Assembly: GCA_036496545.1 (NCBI GenBank)
Contig: DASXKX010000027.1
Coordinates: 18,559-82,558, forward strand
Origin: Gaiellaceae bacterium
GTDB lineage: Bacteria; Actinomycetota; Thermoleophilia; Gaiellales; Gaiellaceae
Direction of reading: 5' to 3'
Length of the DNA stretch: 64,000 nt
This document shows positions 48,461 through 56,775 of the stretch, in pieces (the first letter of the stretch is position 1; every line of letters begins with the position of its first letter). Made by a program: the position numbers and the translations under genes. The notes under the pieces are model-generated. The model was not told the DNA's origin. It was given only the letters and a program-made list of their open reading frames with translations, and ran no database searches.

Positions 48461-49609
48461 ATGGCCCGGGTGCTCTTAGGGGTCAGCGGAGGCATCGCCG
48501 CCTACAAGGCGTGCGAGGTGTGCCGTCTGCTCGTGAAGTCGGGTCACGAAGTGATCCCGCTCGTCACGCCTGGCGCCGAGCGGTTCGTCACGGCCGAGAC
48601 CTTCCGTGCGCTCGCGCGCCGGCCGGCGGCCGAAGACGTCTACGTCCATCTGACGCGCGCCGATCTGCTCGTCGTCGCGCCGTGTACTGCGAACACGCTC
48701 GCGAAGCTCGCGCACGGTCTCGCCGACAACGTCCTGACCGAAGCCGCGCTCGCGCATCGCGGGCCGGTGCTCGTCGCGCCGGCGATGAACCCGCGCATGT
48801 GGGCGCACGCAGCGACCCGTGCGAATGCGGAGTCGCTCCGTGCGCGCGGCGTCGTGCTCGTCGGTCCTGATGAGGGCGAAACGGCGGAGGGCGAGCTCGG
48901 CGTCGGGCGGATGTCGGAGCCGGAGGACATCGTGCGTGCGGCCGAGGAGCTGCTTGGGCGCACGGGGCCGTTGCGCGGTCGGCGCGTCCTGATCAGTGCG
49001 GGCGGGACGCGCGAGCCGATCGACACCGTGCGTTTCGTCGGTAACCGCTCGTCGGGACGCATGGGCGTCGCGCTGGCCGCCGAGGCGCGTCGTCGTGGCG
49101 CACACGTGACGCTGCTCGGCGCGAACCTCGCAGTGCCGGCGCCGGCCGGCGTTGAGCATGTCGAGACTCCGAGCGCCGCCGAGCTCGAGCACGAGGCGCT
49201 CGAGCGAGACGCCGACGTCGTGATCATGGCGGCCGCGGTTGCCGATTACCGCCCGCCCGCGGCACTGCAGACGAAGCGCCCGAAGGACCACGAGCCGTGG
49301 CTCCTCGAGCTCGAGCCGACGACCGACGTCCTCGCGGCGCTCGGCGCGCGGAGACGACCCGGGCAGCTGCTCGTCGGTTTCGCAGCCGATGACGGCGAGC
49401 AAGGACTCGAGCGGGCCCGCATGAAGCTCGCGAACAAGAAGGCAGATTTGTTCGTCTTCAACGACGTGACCCGATCCGACATCGGCTTCGAGTCCGTAGA
49501 CAACGAGGTGACGCTCGTGACAGCGGCAGACGAACGGCACGTCGGCAAGGCGTCGAAGGACGAGATCGCGGCTGCCGTGCTCGACGAGGTGGAGCGGCTG
49601 CTTGGCTGA
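48461..49609 (+). CDS. coaBC: Bifunctional phosphopantothenoylcysteine decarboxylase / phosphopantothenate--cysteine ligase
   Basis: Flavoprotein N-domain (LGVSGGIAAYKA..., PAMNPRMW) and a CoaB C-domain (ISAGGTREPIDTVRFVGNRSSGRMG, AAVADYRP). Confidence 0.93.
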   Translation: MARVLLGVSGGIAAYKACEVCRLLVKSGHEVIPLVTPGAERFVTAETFRALARRPAAEDVYVHLTRADLLVVAPCTANTLAKLAHGLADNVLTEAALAHRGPVLVAPAMNPRMWAHAATRANAESLRARGVVLVGPDEGETAEGELGVGRMSEPEDIVRAAEELLGRTGPLRGRRVLISAGGTREPIDTVRFVGNRSSGRMGVALAAEARRRGAHVTLLGANLAVPAPAGVEHVETPSAAELEHEALERDADVVIMAAAVADYRPPAALQTKRPKDHEPWLLELEPTTDVLAALGARRRPGQLLVGFAADDGEQGLERARMKLANKKADLFVFNDVTRSDIGFESVDNEVTLVTAADERHVGKASKDEIAAAVLDEVERLLG

Positions 49610-50555
49610 GCCCGCCGTCGCCCCGGCAGCGCCGGATCTCGTGTCGGCGATCGTCGCGAACCTCGGCCGGGTCGTGCACACGCCCGCCGAGACGCTGCGT
49701 CGCGTCGTGCTGTGCCTCATCGCCGAGGGCCACCTGATCATCGAGGACTTCCCAGGCGTGGGGAAGACGATGCTCGCAAAGGCGCTCGCGCGCTCGCTCG
49801 ACTGCTCGTTCTCTCGCCTTCAGTTCACGCCGGACCTGCTTCCGTCCGACGTCACGGGCGTCAATGTCTTCAACCAGCGCGCGAACGAGTTCGAGTTCAA
49901 GGCAGGCCCGGTCTTCGCAAATCTGCTGCTCGTCGACGAGGTGAACCGCGCGTCGCCAAAGACCCAGGCGGCGCTGCTCGAGTGCATGCAGGAAAGCCAG
50001 GTAACGGTCGACGGCGTCACACACCCCCTTGAGCAGCCGTTCATGGTGATGGCGACACAGAACCCGATCGAGTACGAGGGCACGTATCCGCTCCCCGAGG
50101 CGCAGCTCGACCGTTTCACGATGCGGATCGAGCTCGGCTACCCGCCGCTCGCGGACGAGGCGCGGATGCTCGACGAGCAGACGCACACTCCGCCGCTCGA
50201 GTCGCTCCAGCCGGTGGTAGGCGCGAATGACGTGATCCGGCTCGCCGCGCAGGCACGCGAGGTCTACGTCGAAGACAGCCTCGCGCGGTACGTCGTCGCG
50301 CTGTTGCGCACGACCCGCGCCGATCCGCGGTTGTATCTCGGCGCGAGCCCGCGGGCGGGCATCGCGCTGTTGCGTGTCGCGAAGGCGCGCGCACTCGCCG
50401 ACAGACGCGAGTACCTCGTTCCCGACGACGTGAAGGCCGTCGCGCCGGCTGTGCTCGCGCACCGGTTGATCCTCGGCCCAGAAGCGAGATCAGCGGGGCT
50501 CGGCGGCGCCGAGATCGTCGCGGAAGCGCTCGAGAAGACGCCCGTCCCTGTATGA
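49602..50555 (+). CDS. MoxR-family AAA+ ATPase
   Basis: Walker A FPGVGKT, Walker B LLLVDEVNRA, ATQNPIEYEGTYPLPEAQLDRF, and GASPRAG. TTG start overlaps the coaBC stop. Confidence 0.92.
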   Translation: MAEPAVAPAAPDLVSAIVANLGRVVHTPAETLRRVVLCLIAEGHLIIEDFPGVGKTMLAKALARSLDCSFSRLQFTPDLLPSDVTGVNVFNQRANEFEFKAGPVFANLLLVDEVNRASPKTQAALLECMQESQVTVDGVTHPLEQPFMVMATQNPIEYEGTYPLPEAQLDRFTMRIELGYPPLADEARMLDEQTHTPPLESLQPVVGANDVIRLAAQAREVYVEDSLARYVVALLRTTRADPRLYLGASPRAGIALLRVAKARALADRREYLVPDDVKAVAPAVLAHRLILGPEARSAGLGGAEIVAEALEKTPVPV

Positions 50556-51718
50556 CCGAGCGCGGCCGCGCAGTTGTGGCGCTCGGCCTCGTCGTCTATC
50601 TCGCTGCGTGGATCTTCGGCTCACACGCGCTGTACCCCGTGGCGGTGGGGCTGCTGCTCGCCGTCGTCGTTGCGGTCGCATGGGTCCGGCTGTCGGCGCG
50701 GCCGCCGCACGTGCGTCGCCACGGTGCGTCGCGCGACGTCGTCGAAGGCGACGACATCCGCATCGATCTCGAGGTTGAGCCGACGAGCGGGGTCGCACCG
50801 CCGACGCTTGTCGCACACGAGCGGCCGGGCCGGCTCGGCGAACGGCGCGTACAGCTGCACCGGGTCGAGCGAAAGCGCTTTGCGGGCGGCTATGAGCTGC
50901 GCGCGGTGCCGCGCGGCCGGTACGCGTTCGACGCTGTGCGGCTCACCGTGCAGGACCCATTCGGCCTTGCACGGGCGGAGCTCGTGCAAGGCGAGCCGCA
51001 GGCGCTCGTCGTCTATCCCCGGCTCGTCGCGCTCGAGCGGCTGTTCTCAGAGGGCGGCGCGAACGCACAGGATGGGCGCCGGCTGCTCCTGCGGCGCCCG
51101 ACGGGCTACGAGCTGCACAGCGTCCGCGAGTACGCCGAGGGCGAATCGCTGCGGAAGGTGCACTGGCGCTCGACCGCGAAGCGCGGTCGTTTGATGGTGA
51201 AGGAGCTCGAGGACGCGCCCCGTGACGAGGTCGCAGTGCTGCTCGACGGCTACGGCGTCGCCGGCGAGAACTTCGAGGTCGCTGTGCGTGCGGCGGGATC
51301 TATCCTCCAGGCGCATCTCCGCCGCGGCCGCCGCTGCGCGTTGGTCGTGAACTCCGCGGCCCGCGAGTCGCAGGCGATCACGTCAGAGAACGACTGGCGC
51401 AAGGCACTCGAGGTCCTTGCGGGGACGATGCCGAGCGCGTCGACCCGCGCGTTCGCGCTGCTGCAGGCGGACGGCGGGATTGCGGCGCGCTCCCTGGAGC
51501 TCGTCGTCGTGACGTCGGAGCTCGACGTCGCGCTCGCCGATCGCCTCGTGCAACGCGCGCTCTCGCGTCGCGGCGCCTCGCTCGTCTACGTCGACGCGGG
51601 CGGCGAGCCGCAAACGCAGCTGCTGCGGCTCCAGGCGGTCGGGATTCCGGTCGCCGTTGTCCGCGCGGGCGCGGACCTTCGCTCGGCGCTCTCCGGCCAG
51701 GCGGCTCGCGTTGCGTAG
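50552..51718 (+). CDS. DUF58 domain-containing protein (vWA-like, MoxR partner)
   Basis: Two N-terminal TM helices and VREYAEGESLRKVHWRSTAKRGRLMVKELE (the DUF58 signature). ATGA overlap with moxR. Confidence 0.85.
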   Translation: MTERGRAVVALGLVVYLAAWIFGSHALYPVAVGLLLAVVVAVAWVRLSARPPHVRRHGASRDVVEGDDIRIDLEVEPTSGVAPPTLVAHERPGRLGERRVQLHRVERKRFAGGYELRAVPRGRYAFDAVRLTVQDPFGLARAELVQGEPQALVVYPRLVALERLFSEGGANAQDGRRLLLRRPTGYELHSVREYAEGESLRKVHWRSTAKRGRLMVKELEDAPRDEVAVLLDGYGVAGENFEVAVRAAGSILQAHLRRGRRCALVVNSAARESQAITSENDWRKALEVLAGTMPSASTRAFALLQADGGIAARSLELVVVTSELDVALADRLVQRALSRRGASLVYVDAGGEPQTQLLRLQAVGIPVAVVRAGADLRSALSGQAARVA

Positions 51719-53852
51719 GACGCTCGCCGTGTCGCTTGTCCCCGCGGCGGTCTTTACGACCGCGTGGTTGCGACTCGAGACTCCGATCGACCGTCCGTTG
51801 CGGTCGGTCGCGGTGACCGGTCTCGCGATCCTGCCGGCGCTTGTGCGTCCACTCGCCGGGCGCGTCGCCGTCCTGCTCGGCTCGCTCGTCCTCGGGGCAT
51901 GGATCTCATTCGCGGTCTCGCCGCTGCATCCGCGCCACCTGATCGGCGCGCTCGGCTCGCGCTTCTCGAGCGGGTTCCTCGACTTCTACAGCGTGAGGAC
52001 GCCGTTCGACCCGCGTGTGCATCAGGAGATGCGCGGTGTTCTGCTCACGGCGATCTTCGGCTTCACGCTTGCGCTCGCGCTTGCAGTGGCTGCGCGGCGG
52101 CCGGTGCCGGCGGTGCTCGTCGTGCTCGTCGGGGCGGGGTGGCCCGCGACGCTCCGCGGGCCGGCCGGCGCGTTCGCGCTCGGCGCGCTGACCCTGCTCG
52201 CCGCACTGGCCGTCATGGCGGGCCTGACGAACCGCGCCGTCCCGCGCGGCGTGTTGCCGGCGGGGATCGGGATCGCGCTGCTCGCGGTCGCCGCGTCGAC
52301 GTCGGCAGCGGTCGCAAAGGGCGGGATCGTCGCGTGGCAGCGCTGGAACTTCCATCCGGGAACGCCGCCTGTAAGCGTCCAGTTCGTGTGGGACGCGCAG
52401 TACAGCGGGCTGCACTGGCCGCGCAAGCGCACGACGGTGCTCGAGGTGAAGGCGCCGGACCGGTCGCTGTATTGGCGCGCAGCGGTGCTCGACAATTTCA
52501 CCCGCGCACGCTGGGACGAAGCCGCGCCTTTGCGCGGTGACGCCCTCGAGCCGACGACGACCCCGGAGCTCGAGCAGCAGGTTCACATCCTTGCGCTCGA
52601 CGACACCCATCTCGTCGGAGCGAGCGTGCCCGTACGGTTTGACGCAGATGACGCGCCGCTCGTGTCTCAGGTGAAGGGCATTGCACAGCTCCCCTCGGGG
52701 CTCACGCACGGCTTCCGGTACACAGCCTGGAGTGAGGCGCCGCAGCCGACACCGCCGGAGCTCCAGCGGTCGCGGCCGATCTACCCGATCGAGCTCACAG
52801 AACCGGGGACGTTCCTCGACGTCGCGCCCGGCGTGACGGTGCCGCCGTTTGGCCGACCGCGCATCGTGTCGTCCGCGGTTGCCCGAACCGCTGCCGTGGT
52901 CACGAGCGGGGCGAGCACGCCGTATGCGGCGGCGGCGGCGCTCGAAAGCTGGTTCCGGACGAAAGGCGGGTTCAGGTACACGAACTCGCCGCCGTCGGGC
53001 TCGCTCACGGACTTCATCCTTCGCACGCACGCCGGGTACTGCCAGCACTTCGCGGGCGCGATGGCGCTGATGCTGCGCTATGTCGGCGTTCCAGCTCGCG
53101 TCGCCGTCGGCTTCTCGAGCGGCACGTACGACGCGAAGCGCGGCGTGTGGCGCGTGACCGACCATGACGCGCATGCGTGGGTCGAGGCGTGGTTCCGCGG
53201 CTACGGCTGGCTGCCGTTCGATCCGACGCCTGCTGCGGGCCGGCCCGAGCACGGCGAGTTGAGCGCGCCCTACGCGTTCGCCGCGCGGGGCGGTGCGGCC
53301 GGCCGCGCTGGGAACGCAGTCGCGGCGGGGACGAACGCGACGAGCAGCTCGCAGACGGATCACCGGCACGGCGAGACCCCGGGCACGGGCGTGAAAGGAG
53401 CCGGTACGGGACACGGATCCGCGGCAAGCAGGTCGCACGGCAGCCTGCTGGCGTTGCTCGCGCTCCTTGTTGCGGGCGTCATCGCGCTGATCGTCGCCGC
53501 GAAGCTTGTCGTGCGTCGTGTCCGCTATCTGACACGCGATCCGCGTCGGCTCGCCGCTGCGTGCAGGCAAGAGCTCGCCGACTATCTCGTCGACCAGCAC
53601 ATCGACGCGGCGCGGAGCGCGACCTTGCACGAGCTCGGAGCGATCGTGCAGCACGAGCTCTCCGTGGAGCCGGACGCGTTCGTGTCCGCCGCCACCGCCG
53701 CTCGCTTCGGGCCGCCGGCGGGCGCGCAGCATGCCGCGCGAGAGGCGCGCCGTGAGCTGCGCACATTGCTGCGGCGGATGCGCGTGCACCTGCGCGCGAC
53801 GGAACGCGTGCGCGGGCTGCTCTCGCTGCGTTCGTTCGGGTTCACGTCCTGA
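51711..53852 (+). CDS. Transglutaminase-like membrane protein (TgpA-type: polytopic N-domain + TGase core + C-terminal TM/DUF4129-like)
   Basis: The TGase core has a Cys-His-Asp pattern: GYCQHFAGAMALMLR ... HAWVEAWFRGYGWLPFDPTP. Start TTG 51711 or 51657. Confidence 0.85.
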   Translation: MRRTLAVSLVPAAVFTTAWLRLETPIDRPLRSVAVTGLAILPALVRPLAGRVAVLLGSLVLGAWISFAVSPLHPRHLIGALGSRFSSGFLDFYSVRTPFDPRVHQEMRGVLLTAIFGFTLALALAVAARRPVPAVLVVLVGAGWPATLRGPAGAFALGALTLLAALAVMAGLTNRAVPRGVLPAGIGIALLAVAASTSAAVAKGGIVAWQRWNFHPGTPPVSVQFVWDAQYSGLHWPRKRTTVLEVKAPDRSLYWRAAVLDNFTRARWDEAAPLRGDALEPTTTPELEQQVHILALDDTHLVGASVPVRFDADDAPLVSQVKGIAQLPSGLTHGFRYTAWSEAPQPTPPELQRSRPIYPIELTEPGTFLDVAPGVTVPPFGRPRIVSSAVARTAAVVTSGASTPYAAAAALESWFRTKGGFRYTNSPPSGSLTDFILRTHAGYCQHFAGAMALMLRYVGVPARVAVGFSSGTYDAKRGVWRVTDHDAHAWVEAWFRGYGWLPFDPTPAAGRPEHGELSAPYAFAARGGAAGRAGNAVAAGTNATSSSQTDHRHGETPGTGVKGAGTGHGSAASRSHGSLLALLALLVAGVIALIVAAKLVVRRVRYLTRDPRRLAAACRQELADYLVDQHIDAARSATLHELGAIVQHELSVEPDAFVSAATAARFGPPAGAQHAAREARRELRTLLRRMRVHLRATERVRGLLSLRSFGFTS

Positions 53853-54559
53853 TGGACGCGATCGTGATGGCCGCGGGCGAGGGCTCTCGCCTCCTCCCGC
53901 TGACCGAGTGCTGGCCGAAGCCTGTGCTTCCGATCGACGGGAGGCCCGTGATCGCGACGCTGCTGCGGGAGCTGGCTGCGGCGGGCTGCACGCGCGCGTT
54001 CGTCGTGACGGGATATCGCGCGGAGCAGGTCGAGGAACTCATCGGTGACGGCTCCGGATTCGGGCTCGAGGCGCGGTTTGTGCACCAGCCGGCGGTGCTC
54101 GGGTCGGCCGATGCCGTGCGACGCGCGCTCGCTGCGGGGGCGGAGCCGCCGGTTGTCGTGAGCGGCGCGGACACGGTGTTCGTCTCCGGCGACCTCGGCC
54201 GGTTCCTCGCCGCCTCGGGAGACTTCCCCGGCGCGTTGGCAGTTCGTCGCGAGCCGCCCCCGGAGCCGCCGCACCGCTTCGCAGTCCGCGTCGAAGACGG
54301 CCGCGTGACGCGAGTGCTCGACGACGATCCCGCGAGTACGTTGTCCGGCGCGCCGCTCTGGGTGCTCGGCCCGGCGCTCCCGCCCTTTCTCGAAGCCCTG
54401 CCGGGGCCGCCCTATGAGCTTTCAAACGCGTTCCAACGGGCGATCGATGCCGGACAGGTGATCGCCGGCATCGAGATCGGGCGCACGCGCGATCTCACGC
54501 ATCCCGCCGATGTGATCGTGCAGAACTTCACGTATCTGAGCCTTGACGGATCCGGTTGA
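53852..54559 (+). CDS. Sugar-phosphate nucleotidyltransferase family protein
   Basis: N-terminal signature MAAGEGSRLLPLTECWPKPVLPI. Its ATG overlaps the TGase stop by 1 nt. Confidence 0.8.
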   Translation: MDAIVMAAGEGSRLLPLTECWPKPVLPIDGRPVIATLLRELAAAGCTRAFVVTGYRAEQVEELIGDGSGFGLEARFVHQPAVLGSADAVRRALAAGAEPPVVVSGADTVFVSGDLGRFLAASGDFPGALAVRREPPPEPPHRFAVRVEDGRVTRVLDDDPASTLSGAPLWVLGPALPPFLEALPGPPYELSNAFQRAIDAGQVIAGIEIGRTRDLTHPADVIVQNFTYLSLDGSG

Positions 54560-54570
54560 CTGGGAGTGGG

Positions 54571-54924
54571 ATGAGCGAGACGACGTACAGCCTGTTCAGG
54601 CAAGGTCAGGCCCATTTAAAGCGCGGGATGGCTGCGCAGGCGACCGTTTCGCTCGAAAAGGCGAAGCGGCGCGAGCCCGAGAAAGCCTCGATCCGCGAGG
54701 CGCTCGGGATCGCGTACTTCCGCATTCGCCGGTGGGATGCGGCGGAGGCCGAGTTCCGGAAGCTGCTCGAGCTGTCGCCCGTGAACGACTACGCGCATTA
54801 CGCGCTCGGACGCACGCTCGAGAAGCAGGGACGCATGCGCGAGGCGAACGGCCACTACAAGCTTGCGAGCTCGCTCCGGCCGAGCTCGACGCAGTACCGC
54901 GCGCGCATCAAAGAGCTCGACTGA
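54571..54924 (+). CDS. Tetratricopeptide-repeat protein
   Basis: TPR-like helices ([49 protein letters not shown]). ATG 54571 after a GGGAG SD. An alternative TTG at 54556 forms a TTGA overlap. Confidence 0.7.
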   Translation: MSETTYSLFRQGQAHLKRGMAAQATVSLEKAKRREPEKASIREALGIAYFRIRRWDAAEAEFRKLLELSPVNDYAHYALGRTLEKQGRMREANGHYKLASSLRPSSTQYRARIKELD

Positions 54925-54940
54925 TCGCTGCGGCGGCGAC

Positions 54941-55372
54941 GTGAGAGCGGTCTGCCAGCGCGTGACCGAAGCCCGCGTTCGCGTCGACGGCGCGATCGTG
55001 GGGGAGATCGAGCACGGTCTGTGCGTGTTGCTCGGCATCGCGCGCGGCGATTGCGACGTCGAGCGGCTTGCCGGGAAGGTCGCGCGGCTTCGCGTCTTTC
55101 CCGACGACGCCGGCCGGTTCGACCGCAGTCTCCTCGACGTCGGCGGCTCTGCGCTTGTCGTCTCGCAGTTCACATTGATCGCGGACACGGCCAAAGGGAA
55201 CCGGCCGAGCTTTGGCGACGCGGCCGCGCCTGAAGAGGCTGAGCCGCTCTACGAGCAGTTCTGCGTCGCGCTCGAGCAGCTGGGCGTGCCGATCGCGCGG
55301 GGCGTCTTCGGCGCGTCCATGGCAGTCGAGATTGTCAACGACGGGCCCGTCACGATCGTGCTCGACGCATGA
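54941..55372 (+). CDS. dtd: D-aminoacyl-tRNA deacylase
   Basis: VCQRV, VVSQFTL, GNRPSF, and the C-terminal NDGPVT motif. Confidence 0.9.
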   Translation: MRAVCQRVTEARVRVDGAIVGEIEHGLCVLLGIARGDCDVERLAGKVARLRVFPDDAGRFDRSLLDVGGSALVVSQFTLIADTAKGNRPSFGDAAAPEEAEPLYEQFCVALEQLGVPIARGVFGASMAVEIVNDGPVTIVLDA

Positions 55373-55398
55373 ATAGACGTGTCATCACACTCCCACTG

Positions 55399-55437
55399 CG
55401 CATGTGTACGCATGCGCATGCCGCATACATCCGCGTA
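55399..55437. repeat. CGCATG repeat array in dtd / rmlD-like spacer
   Basis: cgcatg-tgta-cgcatg-cgcatg-c-cgcata-catc-cgcgta. The first 20 nt (gcgcatgtgtacgcatgcgc, 55398-55417) form a near-palindrome centred on GTAC. Confidence 0.6.
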
Positions 55438-55451
55438 CACCAGCGTCCACT

Positions 55452-56252
55452 TTGAAGCTGTTCATCACGGGCGGGGCCGGCTATCTCGGGTCTGAGCTGT
55501 GCCGCCTTGCAATCGAACGCGGTGACGAGGTGCTCGCCACTCGCTTTCGATCGGCTCCGGGCCACGGTCACGACCTCGCGCTCGACGTACGGGACGCCGC
55601 CGCCGTCGAGCGAGTCCTCATGCGGCACGGCCCGGACGTCGTGATCCACACGGCCTACGTCCAGCACGGCGAGGCGATGCGCGAAACGATCGTTCGCGGC
55701 AGCCATGCCGTTGCGGCCTCCGCGCATCGCTGCGGCGCGCGCCTCATACACCTCTCGACCGACCTCGTCTTCGACGGCGAGCACGGCGCGCCCTACACCG
55801 AAGAGGACGAGCCGAGACCCGTCATGACCTACGGCGCCGCAAAGCTCGAGGCGGAGCACGTCGTTCTCCGCGCGCACCCCGACGCCACGCTCGTGCGCAC
55901 CTCACTCCTGTACGGCAGCCCGGGCGGCCCGCAGGAACGGCTCGCGCTCCGCGACGACGTCGAGTTCTACACCGACGAGATGCGTTGCCCGACCAGGGTC
56001 GACGAGCTCGCGGCGGCATTGCTCGAGCTGACCGCACACGCACACGCCGGCCCGCTGCACCTCGCCGGCCCCGAAGCCGTCTCTCGCTACGAACTCGCGC
56101 GGGCACTCCGGGCCGCCGCCGGAGCCGACCCGGGCACCGTTCGCGGTGCGCCCGGCCCGGTCGCGGGCCGAGCAAAGAATGTCGCCCTTGATTCCAGCCG
56201 CGCCGAAGCACTGCTCGGCGTCACGCTCTCGGGAATAGGCCGTTCGGCCTAG
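55452..56252 (+). CDS. NAD(P)-dependent SDR, RmlD (dTDP-4-dehydrorhamnose reductase)-like
   Basis: LFITGGAGYLGSEL Rossmann motif and the catalytic region YGAAKLEAE. TTG 55452 chosen, so the repeat array stays noncoding. The track start is 55404. Confidence 0.8.
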   Translation: MKLFITGGAGYLGSELCRLAIERGDEVLATRFRSAPGHGHDLALDVRDAAAVERVLMRHGPDVVIHTAYVQHGEAMRETIVRGSHAVAASAHRCGARLIHLSTDLVFDGEHGAPYTEEDEPRPVMTYGAAKLEAEHVVLRAHPDATLVRTSLLYGSPGGPQERLALRDDVEFYTDEMRCPTRVDELAAALLELTAHAHAGPLHLAGPEAVSRYELARALRAAAGADPGTVRGAPGPVAGRAKNVALDSSRAEALLGVTLSGIGRSA

Positions 56253-56293
56253 TGCTTGCTACACTCGACCTACCATTTTCACCGGTTCGGCGG

Positions 56294-56318
56294 AATGGGC
56301 CCCACGGGCCCATTTTTT
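56294..56318 (+). terminator. Intrinsic terminator upstream of rimP operon
   Basis: AATGGGCC-CCACG-GGCCCATT (8-bp stem, 5-nt loop), with TTTT following the stem. It is the only canonical hairpin plus T-tract I found in the window. Confidence 0.65.
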
Positions 56319-56331
56319 GTGAAAGGGAGCG

Positions 56332-56772
56332 ATGGCGACGACATTTGAGAAGGAACGGCAACTCCAGGACGAGATCGGCTCGCGCGTCGAGCACGATCTG
56401 CCAGGCGTGGAAGTCCTCGCCGTGGAGCTCGCGAATCCCGATCGGTTCGTCGTCTACGTCGACCATCCGGACGGCGTCGACCACGCGCTCTGCGCGCGTG
56501 TGACCGACGTTCTACGCGACTATCTGCGCGAGTACACCGTCGACGTGTCATCGCCGGGGGTCGAGCGGCCGCTTCGCAAGCCGGCGCATTTCGCGCAGGC
56601 GCTCGGCCACCGCGTCTCGCTGCGCACAAGCGAGCCGGTCAACGGCCGGTCGAAGTTCAAGGGGAACCTGCAGGAGGCACGCGACGACGCGCTCACGCTC
56701 GGCGTCGACGGCAAGGCAATCGAGATTCCGTACGAGGCGATCGTGCGGGGCAACTTGATCGACGAGAGGTAG
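56332..56772 (+). CDS. rimP: Ribosome maturation factor RimP
   Basis: VDVSSPGVERPLRKPAHF and the C-terminal Sm-like segment. GAAAGGGAG SD upstream. Confidence 0.9.
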   Translation: MATTFEKERQLQDEIGSRVEHDLPGVEVLAVELANPDRFVVYVDHPDGVDHALCARVTDVLRDYLREYTVDVSSPGVERPLRKPAHFAQALGHRVSLRTSEPVNGRSKFKGNLQEARDDALTLGVDGKAIEIPYEAIVRGNLIDER

Positions 56773-56775
56773 ACC

